Shown: positions 8,281-19,263 of the stretch, piece by piece
How the letters are laid out: each line of letters opens with the position of its first letter
How positions within the stretch are numbered: position 1 is the first letter of the stretch
NCBI GenBank assembly: GCA_964619725.1
Contig: CAZUFC010000055.1
Location: 1 to 21,960, forward strand
Origin: an uncultured bacterium
GTDB taxonomy: Bacteria; CSSED10-310; CAZUFC01
DNA: 21,960 nt
Reading direction: 5' to 3'
Program-made: the position numbers and the translations under genes
Notes under the pieces: generated by a model
Database searches by the model: none
What the model was told of the DNA's origin: nothing
The model's input: the letters and a program-made list of their open reading frames with translations, nothing else

Positions 8281-10344
8281 CTATCCGTTGATGATCGTTT
8301 CCGCCAGCGATGCCGGCAAGGGGGCGTAATGAGAAAACTGAAGAGTGTGGATAGCGCGTCCCTGACTCATGGACCTTATCTGGACAGCGTAACCGAACAG
8401 TTCTGAAAGGGGGACTTCCGCTGATATGACCTGCACCGTTTTTCTGAATTGCATGCCTTTTATTGAACCTCTTCGAGAAGTTATATCGCTCATGATATCG
8501 CCGACATATTCGGCGGGCACTACGACTTCGAGAGCCATTATGGGTTCGAGTAAAACCGGATTCGCTTTATTGAATGCCTTTTTGAAGGCCATGGAGCCTG
8601 CGACGTTGAAAGCCACTTCGGAACTGTCTACTTCATGATAGGAGCCGTCCAGGAGAGTAGCCTTAATGTTGACGACGGGATATCCTGCGAGAGCGCCGGT
8701 ATCCATCGCGGAACGAATGCCTTTTTCGACGGCGGGAATGAATTCTCTGGGAATATTTCCGCCCACGATTTTATTCGCAAAAATGAAATTCGCTTCCTTG
8801 AAAGGTTCAATCTTTAATTTTACATGCGCAAACTGCCCTCTGCCGCCGGTTTGCCTGACGAACCTCGTTTCCGCCTCAGCTTCTTCCATTATGGTCTCTT
8901 TATAAGCCACCTGGGGCTTGCCGATGCGCGCTTCTACGCCGAATTCCCGCAGCAGCCTGTCCACAATGATCTCCAGGTGCAGTTCACCCATCCCGGAGAT
9001 AATGCTTTCTTTTGTTTCCGGATCGGTTTTCAACGTAAAACTGGGGTCTTCCTGTGCAATCTTGGCCAGACTTAAAGACAAACGATCCCGCTGTATCTGT
9101 GAATTCGGTTCTATAGCCAGCGAAATGACGGGCTCCGGCACAGAGATGGTCTCGAATATGATACTCTCTGATGGATTACATAACGTATCGCCGGTACCGG
9201 TGATTTTCAATCCCACCGCAGCCGCTATATCCCCGGCCTGCGCTTCCTTGATCTCCTCCCGTTTATTGGAATGCATTTTCAAAAGCCGCCCGATTTTTTC
9301 TCTTTTGTTTTTTCTGGAATTCAAGACGTTCATACCCGTTTTCAATTTTCCGGAATAAATGCGCAAGAAGCTCAGATGTCCGACATAAGGATCAGTCATG
9401 ATCTTGAAAACCAGTCCTGAAAACGGGGCATTCGGGTCGGCTGTTCTTTCCACCTTTTCGCCGTCGGCATCAGCGCCCTGTATCGGAGGAACTTCATAAG
9501 GAGACGGCAAAAAATCTACAACGGCATCCAGCAACGGTTGTATGCCTTTGTTTTTAAAGGCGGCTCCGCAATATACCGGCACCAGTTTCAAATTCAGCGT
9601 CGCTTTCTTTATCGCCTTCTTGAGACGCTCAATATCGATATCTTCCTCATTCAGGTAAGACTCCATTATTTCATCATCATATTCTGCAATCGATTCGATC
9701 ATTATCCGACGTTGATTCTGAGCCTCCCGTTCGAGCTCTTCCGGAATGTCGACTTGAATGAAATTAACTCCCAGCGAATCGTCGTCATAAACAAAAGCTT
9801 TCATTTCCAACAAATCCACTATCCCGCGAAATTTATCCTCTGCTCCTATGGGCAATTGCATCGGTACGGGATGAGCATTCAGACGGTCCTTTATCATATC
9901 AAGCGCCTGATAAAAATCTGCCCCCGTTCTGTCCATTTTGTTAATGAAAGCCAGCCGGGGAATTTTATATCGATCTGCCTGGCGCCATACCGTCTCTGAT
10001 TGCGGCTCAACGCCGCCCACAGCGCAAAAAACGGCCAGCGCTCCGTCCAGCACCCTCAAGCAACGCTCCACCTCTATCGTGAAATCAACGTGTCCCGGAG
10101 TGTCGATGATGTTTATCCGATGATCCTTCCAAAGGCAAGTAGTCGCCGCCGAAGTTATGGTTATCCCTCTTTCCCGCTCCTGCAGCATCCAATCCATCAC
10201 CGTCGTGCCTTCATGAACTTCTCCCAATTTACGAGAAACGCCGGTGTAATAAAGTATCCTTTCCGTCGTCGTCGTTTTGCCGGCGTCTATATGCGCCATG
10301 ATCCCTATGTTTCTGACTTTATCTATCTTTTCATTTTTCAACAA
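8281..10344 (-). CDS. fusA: Elongation factor G
   Basis: [51 protein letters not shown]; 687 aa; GGGGAG RBS with TTG start. Confidence 0.97.
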   Translation of the reverse strand: MLKNEKIDKVRNIGIMAHIDAGKTTTTERILYYTGVSRKLGEVHEGTTVMDWMLQERERGITITSAATTCLWKDHRINIIDTPGHVDFTIEVERCLRVLDGALAVFCAVGGVEPQSETVWRQADRYKIPRLAFINKMDRTGADFYQALDMIKDRLNAHPVPMQLPIGAEDKFRGIVDLLEMKAFVYDDDSLGVNFIQVDIPEELEREAQNQRRIMIESIAEYDDEIMESYLNEEDIDIERLKKAIKKATLNLKLVPVYCGAAFKNKGIQPLLDAVVDFLPSPYEVPPIQGADADGEKVERTADPNAPFSGLVFKIMTDPYVGHLSFLRIYSGKLKTGMNVLNSRKNKREKIGRLLKMHSNKREEIKEAQAGDIAAAVGLKITGTGDTLCNPSESIIFETISVPEPVISLAIEPNSQIQRDRLSLSLAKIAQEDPSFTLKTDPETKESIISGMGELHLEIIVDRLLREFGVEARIGKPQVAYKETIMEEAEAETRFVRQTGGRGQFAHVKLKIEPFKEANFIFANKIVGGNIPREFIPAVEKGIRSAMDTGALAGYPVVNIKATLLDGSYHEVDSSEVAFNVAGSMAFKKAFNKANPVLLEPIMALEVVVPAEYVGDIMSDITSRRGSIKGMQFRKTVQVISAEVPLSELFGYAVQIRSMSQGRAIHTLQFSHYAPLPASLAETIING

Positions 10345-10389
10345 TTTCTTTAACTCCCCTTTCCAGCCTGAGAAGCTTCGAAATTGTGT

Positions 10390-10418
10390 ATTATTTGTGA
10401 ATGCTTATCAGTTGTCAA
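10390..10418 (-). promoter_or_regulatory. Putative sigma70 promoter for fusA (TTGACA-17-AATAAT)
   Basis: Perfect -35, 17-bp spacer, 5/6 match at -10, about 45 nt upstream of the start. Confidence 0.5.
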
Positions 10419-10621
10419 GCGCTTTACCGCTTTCCGAATGACGGATGCTGATTCGCAATATGCTCATTATCCTGACCTTTTTGCAGTCTTCGATCTTCTT
10501 TTGGACGGATTGTGGGCTCGATTCCGCCATACATTTTCACAACCCCCTTTTCATCGCAGCCCTTTATGGATGAACATCTTTTTGCGCTGCTCCGCCCTCT
10601 GCGTTTTTTAATTCCCGAACC

Positions 10622-11650
10622 TCAGCGAATCGTTCGAATGATCAGAATGAAACTGAAAAGCAACACTATCAGAATGACGCCTGCTTCATCGACAGCGGGA
10701 ATATTTTGTGGGGTAGGCGTGGGGGCTCCCGTCGAGCCTTCTTCATTGACTCTTCTTGGAGTCAGGTTGAATTCGCCGCCAATGGCGTAAATATTACCTT
10801 GAGCCTGGGTTCCTGAAAGGGAGGCGCGATGAAATTGCATGGGGGGCAGGAAGGTATTCCAGGAGTCTAAAGCGGGATTGTACGCTTCTGTAATTGTCAA
10901 ATATGAGGTTCCATAGCCGCCGAAGACATAGATTCTGCCGTTCAGCGATGCAGCGCCGGGCGAATGCCTGGCCGTGGGCATGGATGCAAGCTCCACCCAG
11001 GTATCGGTTACCGGATCGTAACGTTCCACGGCATCCTGCGTCCCTGAATTGCCGTAACCGCCTATGACGTAGAGCTGACCATCGTAGGCGACGACTCCGG
11101 GAGCTGTTCTGGCGTGATTCATGGGCGTCATTATGGTCCAACTGTCTGCAGCAGGATCATACCGCTCGTTAACCGCAAGCCTGGAGGAACCGTCGTAACC
11201 GCCGACGACAAATATATTACCGTTGATCTCAGCAGCCCGGGCCCCGCTCCTGCCGGTGGGCATGGCGCTTATGTAAGACCACGAATTCATTACAGGATTG
11301 TATGCCTCGCATGAATGAAGCTGGCCGCCCTGCGAATTATATCCGCCGAAAACGTAAAAAACTATGCCCGAAACCGCAGAAGCAGGAGAATAACGGGCAT
11401 CGAGCATATCCGCCTTTGAAAACCAAACGTTCAGCGACGGATTATACATTTCCGTTTTTCTTGAGTATTCTCCTATTTCTTCGTCGCCTCCGCTGACGTA
11501 TATCACGCCGTTGATCGTCCCGCATGCCGTCGCAGACCTGGCGGTCGGCATCAGAGCCCTCGGCTCCCATGAAAAATCATCTGCCGCTGCTGTCGAAAAG
11601 GTTATGACGAGTTCAAAAAAAATTAAAACGGTAATGACGCCTGGTTTCAT
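10622..11650 (-). CDS. Secreted kelch-repeat beta-propeller protein with IPTL-CTERM-like membrane tail
   Basis: GGAGGAGG RBS before ATG 11650; signal peptide; six 'MPTAR...IYVxGG...ExYxP..W' repeats; PTPTP linker then IPAVDEAG, a hydrophobic helix and a basic end. Confidence 0.9.
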   Translation of the reverse strand: MKPGVITVLIFFELVITFSTAAADDFSWEPRALMPTARSATACGTINGVIYVSGGDEEIGEYSRKTEMYNPSLNVWFSKADMLDARYSPASAVSGIVFYVFGGYNSQGGQLHSCEAYNPVMNSWSYISAMPTGRSGARAAEINGNIFVVGGYDGSSRLAVNERYDPAADSWTIMTPMNHARTAPGVVAYDGQLYVIGGYGNSGTQDAVERYDPVTDTWVELASMPTARHSPGAASLNGRIYVFGGYGTSYLTITEAYNPALDSWNTFLPPMQFHRASLSGTQAQGNIYAIGGEFNLTPRRVNEEGSTGAPTPTPQNIPAVDEAGVILIVLLFSFILIIRTIR

Positions 11651-11765
11651 CGGGACCTCCTCCCATTCGATCATACCCTTTTTGAATAGCTTATTTCCGA
11701 TGAAGAATCAAATGAGAAGAAAAAACGCTTCTCTTTAAATGTTTCGTTTTTTTGTCGTTTTACTC

Positions 11766-11794
11766 TTGAATTATGGAATACGTTCTGTTATTTT
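11766..11794 (+). promoter_or_regulatory. Putative sigma70 promoter for asnA (TTGAAT-17-TATTTT, extended -10 TG)
   Basis: Consensus-like hexamers with 17-bp spacing, about 100 nt upstream of asnA. Confidence 0.4.
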
Positions 11795-11896
11795 ACGCCG
11801 TGATTTGGGAGAAATGCGACCGAACAACGTTTTGTTTTAAAAAATCGGCCGCGGTGAAAATCCCGAAGTAATCTTCAAACAGTGGGAGGAAACACT

Positions 11897-13030
11897 ATGG
11901 CAGATAAGGATAAGGTTGCTGATCTGGCAGGACCGGGAGTAGGCGATTATAACGAACTGAAAGAAATATTGCCGAAAGATTATGAGTCCATTCTAGACAG
12001 AAAAGAAACCCAGCAGGCCCTTTTTGCTGTAAAAAACTACATCGAGGAAAACCTCTGTAAGGAACTGAACCTCATGATGGTTCAGGTACCTCTGATCGTC
12101 GACAAAGACAGCGGCATGAACGACATGCTGGACAGAGACGGATCGAGAACGCCGATCGAATTTCCCTGCGGACTGGGCCTGGAAAAACCGATTCAGGCGC
12201 AGGTGGTACAGGCTGCGACAAAATGGAAGAGATTCGCGTTGAAGCAGTTCGAGATGAAACCCGGCGAAGGTCTTTGCACGGACATGAAAGCGGTTCGCAA
12301 GGATTATTTCCTCGATCACGATCACAGTTCTTACGTGGATCAGTGGGATTGGGAACGGGTCATCACCCAAGAAGATAGAAACCTGGAATTCCTGACTGAA
12401 ATCGTTAAGAAAATATGGAAGGTGCTCAAGGGCGCGGAAGTTTTCGTTCATGAGATGTTTCCCAAGTTGAAAACCGACAAGTATCCGAATCTTCCTGATG
12501 AACTGACGTTTCTGCATGCGGAAGAAATACTCGACATGTTCCCCGACCTTCCCAGAAAGCAACGCGAAACCGCCGTCTTACAGAAATATCCGGCCGTATT
12601 CATTTACGGTATCGGTTATCCCCTGGAAGACGGTTACCCGCATGAAATGAGATCCGCCGATTACGATGAGTGGATATGCGAAACGATCACGAAAAACGGT
12701 AAAAAAATGCATGGACTCAACGGAGACATCCTAGTATGGAACCCTGTAACGAAAAGACGACACGAACTGACATCCATGGGCATTCGAGTCAATGCCGAAA
12801 CATTGAAGCAGCAACTGGAAATGAGCGGACAGCTCGATCTTCTCTCCACACCTTACCACCAGGGTATCGTGACCGGCGAGTATCCTCTTTCCATCGGCGG
12901 AGGCATCGGACAATCAAGGACGTATATGCTTCTACTCAAAAAAGCGCATCTCGGTGAAGTCAGCGTTACCGTATGGCCTCAAATTCTGAAAGACATCTGC
13001 TCAGAAAAGAATATTCATGTTCTTGAATAA
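11897..13030 (+). CDS. asnA: Aspartate--ammonia ligase (asparagine synthetase A)
   Basis: KWKR, GEGL.TDM.A.R, HSSYVDQWDWE, R..DYD.W, LNGDI.VW, ELTSMGIRV, SIGGGIGQSR. GGGAGG RBS before ATG 11897. Confidence 0.95.
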   Translation: MADKDKVADLAGPGVGDYNELKEILPKDYESILDRKETQQALFAVKNYIEENLCKELNLMMVQVPLIVDKDSGMNDMLDRDGSRTPIEFPCGLGLEKPIQAQVVQAATKWKRFALKQFEMKPGEGLCTDMKAVRKDYFLDHDHSSYVDQWDWERVITQEDRNLEFLTEIVKKIWKVLKGAEVFVHEMFPKLKTDKYPNLPDELTFLHAEEILDMFPDLPRKQRETAVLQKYPAVFIYGIGYPLEDGYPHEMRSADYDEWICETITKNGKKMHGLNGDILVWNPVTKRRHELTSMGIRVNAETLKQQLEMSGQLDLLSTPYHQGIVTGEYPLSIGGGIGQSRTYMLLLKKAHLGEVSVTVWPQILKDICSEKNIHVLE

Positions 13031-13045
13031 TCCTTGACAGCAACG

Positions 13046-13084
13046 AAAAAATGCGTTCCCGCACAGGCAGGAACGCATTTTTTT
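13046..13084. terminator. Bidirectional intrinsic terminator between convergent genes
   Basis: AAAAAATGCGTTCC-cgcacaggca-GGAACGCATTTTTTT. Confidence 0.85.
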
Positions 13085-15267
13085 TAATTTCTCCTGTTTC
13101 TTTTCAGGAAGCATCTGCTGAAAGTAAAAATCAGCAGCAACAGGCCGACCGTGTGCAAAGCCGGAACAGGCTTCGGAACATATTCATCGCAACCGATATC
13201 AGAATCCAGGTAAGGTCTCTCCTCACCGTCGATATCATCTTCAGGCAAAAAGGGATATGTCGTCTGATCGTCTGTACCGGCATCGATACAGGGACTGGAA
13301 GATGAGAGATGATAATCGAACGGGGCCCCTCCGATGAACAGAGGGTCTGCTTCCAGCATACCTTCGCCCCAATTGAGCGTGCTGAATTCGTCCAGCAAAA
13401 CGGCCTCCTGACCGCCCTGAAGATCGGAATAACTCAACGTCAATATAGTGGATTCGAACGCCGCCAATTCCGGCGCCGTGGGAGCGTCATTACCCCACAG
13501 GATGGTGTTAACGACGACGGCTTCATCTATGCCGTAAAAACAGATGCCTCCGCATCCTTCTTCGGCCTGGTTATCTGCAACGGTGCAGTCAGCTATGTCT
13601 GCTGAGGGCGCTAAACCCAGGCATAAACCGCTGCAATTCTCAGCATAGTTGTCTGCTATGAGACAATTAATCAGCAGCGGGGATGATTCTTCGGAGAACA
13701 CGCCTGCACCATCAATAGCCGAATTCATCAATATGGAGCATCTAAAAATTTCAGGAGAACTGGAATTCCGGCATTTTATGCCGCCACCGTCATCTGCCGC
13801 AAAATTCTGTGAAAAAACGCTATCCGTAACGCCAGGCGAGCTGTTGTCGTCGCAAAACAAACCTCCGCCCTCATCAGCGGTATTGCCCGTAATGGTGCAA
13901 CCCGATATCATCGGTGAACAATACTCGAAACATTCGATGCCGCCTCCTGAATCATCGCAGGAGTTGGCTGATATGGTGCAATCCTGGATAGTCGGCGATG
14001 AATGATCAAACAAGGCGATGCCGGCTCCCCCGCTGGAACCTGAGCTGAGTATGTTGTCAGATACGACGCACCTGACGATATTGGGGGATGAACTGTAACA
14101 AGCCAGGCCGCCGCCTCCGGCCCCGCCGTAGTTTCCGGTAAATGTTGAATCTGTTATGGTCGGCGCTGAGTTCATATAACAGGCCAGACCGCCTGCATAA
14201 TATGCTGCGGTGTTATCCGATATGATGCAATCGCTGATGACTGGTGATGCGGCGAAACAGCTCAAACCTGCGGAAAACATCGTCGCCGCACAGTTAGAAA
14301 TCTTGCAGTTGGTAATAGTCGGAGACCCGAACTCACAATGGATACCTCCGCTGTAAGGCATCGAACCGTTGATTACGGAAAGGCCTCTGACCACGGACTC
14401 GCTGGTTTCGCCGCTGTTGAAAATGAAACCTCTTCCCGATCCTTGACAGTCAATTATGCAAAGTTCGGGATCATCGCTCAGAGACCGAAGAGTGATTTCC
14501 TTTCCTTTGAAATCAATGTCCCTGTTGCCGGCGCCGGTGTAGGTTCCATCCTCGAGCCACACGGTATTTCCATCGCAGACCGCATCAACGGCATCCTGAA
14601 TCAACGTGAAATCAGCCGGCACATTAACGTCGCCCGAAACAGCGCAACAGGATATTTTCAGGTCGAATACGCCTTCGCCTCCGTCCACAAGCACGTACAG
14701 GTCGCCGGTCGTATAAACAGCGCTGACCCGCTCCGTATCCGTCATGATGCAGCTTAGATTGGGATCGCAGCCCCAAAGAAAGCCGACATGAAAATCGTTG
14801 TCCTGTTCATTCGACAGAGTCGCCTGTACAATACTGCCCAGTTCCAGTCCCGCCGTATCCATTCGGTACCAGATGTCGGCGCCGCTGTGGCCGCAAAGCG
14901 AGCTTGAAGGAGCCTCATCATTGAAACCTGTAGTATCCACGTGAATACGTGCTGAGCCGCAACGGACAATTCTGGCTTCGGTACATTCGTCGCCCGTTCC
15001 GCCGGCCAGATGCTCGTCGCAACCCATATCTGCCGCCCCGCCATACGGCCGGAGCTCTCCATCTATGTCAACTTCAGGCGAATTGGCGCCGTCAGCCGCG
15101 TCAATGCAGGGGCTGTCTCCCGTCAAATGATAGTCGCCGCCGCCCATAAACAGCGGGTCATCATCGATATTTCCCTCGCCCGGATACCCTCCTTCTACAT
15201 CGCAGTAATTGACGATCGGAAATACTATTCCTTCACCTGTTATTTCATTACCGTCATTCGATACCGG
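13084..15267 (-). pseudogene. Right-handed parallel beta-helix repeat surface protein, 5'-truncated, with IPTL-CTERM-like tail (ORF-track start 15147)
   Basis: About nine 'GGG(I/L)xC..SSPxIxxCxIxxNxA' repeats; two 'DPLF..DYHL..SPCIDA..DIDGExRP..D.G.DE' modules. The reading frame continues 40 codons upstream of ATG 15147 with homologous-looking sequence, but without a start codon or signal peptide. Confidence 0.7.
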
Positions 15268-15290
15268 TTACTGAAATAATCTGCCCCCGA

Positions 15291-16469
15291 TTACAATAAT
15301 GAGAGGTCCGTCGGAGCTTGAGCTTCCAGAAGGCTGTCGTAAACCTTCTCCAACCGCTCGACATGCGCCTTCATACTGAAAACTTCGATGGCCCGTTGTC
15401 TGGCGTTAATGCCGAATTCTTTCCTGAGGTCATTATTTTGCAGCAGCGTCAGGATATGATGCGCCATTTCCTGGAAGTCGTTCTTTTCACACAAGAATCC
15501 CGTTTCCCGGCTTCGAACGATTTCCGGTATTCCGCCGACGGCGTAAGCGACGACCGGGACTCCGCAGCTCATAGCTTCGATATTGACCCGGCCGAACGCC
15601 TCCTCTTTCGAGGGACATGCAAGAACGTCGAATGACTGAAACACGGGAACTATCCGTTCATCATATTCTTTGAAATAGAACCTGTCGCCGATGCCGAGAG
15701 ACTGCGCCAAATTTTTGCATTTATTCAAGTACTTCATATCCCTCTGAGCGCCCATAGAGACAAAGCGGCAATCAGGCGTTTTTTCTCCTATGAGCGCGGC
15801 AGCCCTTACGAAATCCTCTATTCCCTTATGAGGAAGCTGCAGTCCTATCAATCCGACCAGCAAACCGTCTGGATTAAAACCCAGGCTTTTTCTGATCGCT
15901 CTCATGTCTTCGCTCGGCTTGAATTCCTCAGAATCAACTCCGTTATAAATCACCACGGATTTTTTCAACAGGGCTTCTTGATCTTTCAGGAGTCTCTTCT
16001 GAGCGTTCGAGATCAGTATCAGCGCCTGGGACTGGTCGAGTTTGTAGTTCAACAGTTTTCGCAACGGCAGCTCTTCAGACGTCCGGGATGTCCTCAAATG
16101 AGTCGCCACCGGTATGCCGGCCCTTTTGCCCGCCAGAATACCGAAAGGATTGAACCAGAACTCGTTAACATGAATGATGTCGGCCTTTTCCCTTTTTATC
16201 GTTCTCAAAAGCCGGGCTATCGAATATAAATGAAAAGGAATATACTTTCCCTTGCGCCAGTTCCTCATGTATACGATCTCGTGCTCAATGTTTCCCTTCT
16301 CCAGAGCTTCGCTCAGTTCTCCCCGCCTGGGACAAATGACAAAAGGGCGGTATTTGGCATGGTCTATCCTTTTGAGCGCTTCGAGTAAACTGATCCGCGC
16401 GCCTGTCATGCGTACGCTGGGCGTCAGGTATAAGATCGTTTTTATTTCTTTTTTAACGGATTTTTTCAT
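15291..16469 (-). CDS. Glycosyltransferase family 4 (GT-B)
   Basis: IYNGVD, HKG, PSKEEAFGRVNIEAMSCGVPVVA (EX7E), GGIPEIV...TGFL. Start is ATG 16469 or GTG 16481. Confidence 0.93.
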   Translation of the reverse strand: MKKSVKKEIKTILYLTPSVRMTGARISLLEALKRIDHAKYRPFVICPRRGELSEALEKGNIEHEIVYMRNWRKGKYIPFHLYSIARLLRTIKREKADIIHVNEFWFNPFGILAGKRAGIPVATHLRTSRTSEELPLRKLLNYKLDQSQALILISNAQKRLLKDQEALLKKSVVIYNGVDSEEFKPSEDMRAIRKSLGFNPDGLLVGLIGLQLPHKGIEDFVRAAALIGEKTPDCRFVSMGAQRDMKYLNKCKNLAQSLGIGDRFYFKEYDERIVPVFQSFDVLACPSKEEAFGRVNIEAMSCGVPVVAYAVGGIPEIVRSRETGFLCEKNDFQEMAHHILTLLQNNDLRKEFGINARQRAIEVFSMKAHVERLEKVYDSLLEAQAPTDLSLL

Positions 16470-16733
16470 GTTGCCTGACACCCTGCATGGTCCGCACGAA
16501 AAATTATCTGATTCCTAAGGTTTTCTCCGGTGACTCTGCGCACAATATCAAACGAATTACGAAAAGGCTGCAGAAATTTTTCGAGGCTCTCTCCCGCTTT
16601 TTTATTATTTTAAACGTCCTGGAACGTCAAGATTAAATGATAGCGCTAAGCCGGATTTATGATTCCGCTGCAATTGTGAATTCTCAGGAGAAATTTGTTC
16701 CAAAGAGAGACGGCCGGCGCTGCATACGCCCTT

Positions 16734-16762
16734 TTGATTTTTACCAGGCGCTTTGCTAGTAT
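16734..16762 (+). promoter_or_regulatory. Putative sigma70 promoter for the nfeD operon (TTGATT-17-TAGTAT, extended -10 TG)
   Basis: Hexamers with 17-bp spacing, about 23 nt upstream of ATG 16786. Confidence 0.45.
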
Positions 16763-16785
16763 ATCAGTTACTGGAGGATAAAAGG

Positions 16786-18189
16786 ATGAATTCATCACTT
16801 CATTGTTCCCTCAAATCAAACCCTTTCAGCCGTGCAATCAGTGTAATTCTGTTTTTTGCAGTAGGGTTTACGGGTTTGTTTTCATTCGGAAAAGTCACTT
16901 CAGCAACAGAGAAAACAACCGTGTATCTTATCGAGCTTGAAGGAGACATTACGCCGTCGATCAATCATTATGTTCAAAGAGCAATCGCACAGGCGGGAGA
17001 CTCCACTTCGTCGATCATAGTAATTTCCATCCGGTCTTTCGGCGGGGAGGTGAGCGCTGCCACGGGAGTCAAGGACAGCTTATTAAGCGCTCCGTCTCCC
17101 GTTTATGCGTATGTGCATGGCCATGCGATCAGCGCCGGCGCTTTAATCGCCCTGGCCTGCAAAGAAATTTACATGTCGCCGGGTTCGGTTATCGGAGCTG
17201 CGACTCCTTTCAGCATGGAAAAGGGGTCTCCACAGGTCAACGAAAAAATGACCAGCGCTGTCCGGGCGGTTTTTCGCAGCACGGCGGAAGCCCGGAAGCA
17301 TCCCGCGAAATTGAGCGAAGCCATGGTTGATCCTTCGATAGAGATAGAAGGCATAACGACCGATGGAAAACTGCTGACGTTAACGGCCGGCGAAGCGGTC
17401 AAATTCGGAATAGCTCAGGGGATGGCCAAAAGCGTCGATGAATTTATTGAAACATCATTTCCCGATTCTCAAACCATACCTGTAAAAATCTCACCCGCAG
17501 AGATTATTGCTTCGGCTATCGGTTCGCCTCTGGTCTCAGGACTCCTGATCAGCGTCGCATTACTGGCTTTACTTACGGCCATCAAGGTCCCGGGAACAGG
17601 CGCTGCGGAATTCATCGCCCTGGGCTCCTTTGCCCTGTTATTGTGGGGCAAATACATCATCGGTTTGGCGGGATGGGAAGAAATGGTCCTGATAGGTTTC
17701 GGAGTCGTAATGCTGTTACTGGAGATATTCGTTATCCCCGGTTTCGGCATTGCCGGTACAATCGGACTGGCATCGCTGCTGACCGGACTGATTCTCCTGT
17801 CCGTTCATCATTCGCCTTCCATGCCCTTCTTCTGGCCCGAATTAAGGCGCGGCATCACCACCGTTGCCTTAAGCATGGCGCTTACAGGTTTGGGAGCGTT
17901 TGTCGGATGGCGAGCGCTCAAGGATACGTCATTCTGGAGAAAATTTACTCTGAATGAAAATGAAAATGAATTCGAAGATATGCCGGATTACGAACAGGAA
18001 GCGTTGTCCGGACTGACAGGAGCCGTAGCGGTCACTTTAACGGTCCTGCGGCCGGAGGGCTATATCCTGTTGAACGACAGGAAATATCCGGCCAGGTCCG
18101 AGAAGGGATATATAGACAATAAAAAGAAAGTCATAGTCAAGGCTATCAAAGACAAACGGGCGGTCGTGACGCCGGCCCCTGAAGAATAG
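16786..18189 (+). CDS. nfeD: NfeD family membrane-bound ClpP-class protease (long form, YqeZ-like)
   Basis: SFGG, AISAGALIALA, IGAATP, EK..S, AMVD, LLTLTA.EA; TM block with EIFVIPGFGIAG; C-terminal OB-fold 'TVLRPEG'. GGAGG RBS before ATG 16786. Confidence 0.9.
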   Translation: MNSSLHCSLKSNPFSRAISVILFFAVGFTGLFSFGKVTSATEKTTVYLIELEGDITPSINHYVQRAIAQAGDSTSSIIVISIRSFGGEVSAATGVKDSLLSAPSPVYAYVHGHAISAGALIALACKEIYMSPGSVIGAATPFSMEKGSPQVNEKMTSAVRAVFRSTAEARKHPAKLSEAMVDPSIEIEGITTDGKLLTLTAGEAVKFGIAQGMAKSVDEFIETSFPDSQTIPVKISPAEIIASAIGSPLVSGLLISVALLALLTAIKVPGTGAAEFIALGSFALLLWGKYIIGLAGWEEMVLIGFGVVMLLLEIFVIPGFGIAGTIGLASLLTGLILLSVHHSPSMPFFWPELRRGITTVALSMALTGLGAFVGWRALKDTSFWRKFTLNENENEFEDMPDYEQEALSGLTGAVAVTLTVLRPEGYILLNDRKYPARSEKGYIDNKKKVIVKAIKDKRAVVTPAPEE

Positions 18190-18303
18190 GATGCGGTCCC
18201 GGCAAAAGGATAAAGCCGGCCGCTCTGACCCGAAGGCATGCATTCATTTCGGCGATCATGCGTGTCGTCACAGCATGAGCAGCAATGCAGGAGGTAAGGA
18301 TCG

Positions 18304-19263
18304 ATGGAAATAATGTTGTTTCAGTTTTCGACGTTGTTGATCATCGTCGTTTTCGTACTGATCGTTTTTATTTTGTGGCTGGTTCCCGTAAAACTGTGGA
18401 TACAGGCCCTGTCCAGCGGCGTTCATGTCGGCCTGCTTAGCCTGATAGGCATGCGTCTGCGGCTGGTGAATCCTCATCGCATCATCTTACCGCTGATCCG
18501 CGCGGTTAAAGCAGGTTTAAAAATATCTGTGAACGAAATAGAGACGCATTTTCTCGCCGGGGGGAACGTTATGAACGTCGTGAACGGCCTGGTAAGCTCG
18601 TTTAATGCTGACATACCGTTGAGCTTCGAAAAAGCTGCAGCGATTGACCTGGCCGGCAGAAACATCAGTCAAGCCGTAAAAATGAGCGTTGAGCCGGCGG
18701 TCATTGATTGTCCAGACCCGGAAAGCGGGACGGCTTATATCAGCGCAGTAGCACAGGACGGCATTCAGTTGAAGGTTAAAGCGCGCGTGACTGTTCGTGC
18801 GAATCTGGAAAAGCTGGTCGGCGGCGCCACGGAAGAGACGGTTATCGCCAGGGTCGGCGAAGGCATCGTTTCAAGCATCGGAAGCGCTGCAGACCATACC
18901 AGGGTTCTGGAGAATCCTGACATCATCTCTAAACGCGTTCTGAACAAGGGCCTGGATGCCGGCACCGCTTTCAGCATCATTTCAATAGACATAGCCGATA
19001 TCGACGTAGGAAGAAACATTGGCAGCGAACTGCAAATCAGCCAAGCTAATGCGGATAAACAGGTAGCGCAGGCAAAGGCTGAGGAAAGAAGGGCCATGGC
19101 TCTGGCGCGAGCCCAGGAAATGAAGGTCAAAGGAAGAGAAATGTCGGCGAATCTTATAGCTGCTGAGGCTGAAGTGCCTATGGCGCAGGCCGAAGCGATA
19201 AGGAAAGGCTGGTTCAGAATAGCTTTCAATGCCGAAGATCAGGAAGGAGGAGGTTCATCATGA
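18304..19263 (+). CDS. floA: Flotillin-like protein FloA (YqfA/UPF0365), copy 1, divergent C-terminus
   Basis: [84 protein letters not shown]. Confidence 0.9.
   Translation: MEIMLFQFSTLLIIVVFVLIVFILWLVPVKLWIQALSSGVHVGLLSLIGMRLRLVNPHRIILPLIRAVKAGLKISVNEIETHFLAGGNVMNVVNGLVSSFNADIPLSFEKAAAIDLAGRNISQAVKMSVEPAVIDCPDPESGTAYISAVAQDGIQLKVKARVTVRANLEKLVGGATEETVIARVGEGIVSSIGSAADHTRVLENPDIISKRVLNKGLDAGTAFSIISIDIADIDVGRNIGSELQISQANADKQVAQAKAEERRAMALARAQEMKVKGREMSANLIAAEAEVPMAQAEAIRKGWFRIAFNAEDQEGGGSS

Noticed and set aside
10420..10620. ncRNA or riboswitch between the kelch gene and fusA
   Set aside because: No recognisable conserved motif or convincing stable structure; an Rfam scan would be needed.
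18190..18303. Structured element between nfeD and floA
   Set aside because: Only a weak CCGGC/GCCGG pairing without a U-tract; insufficient support.
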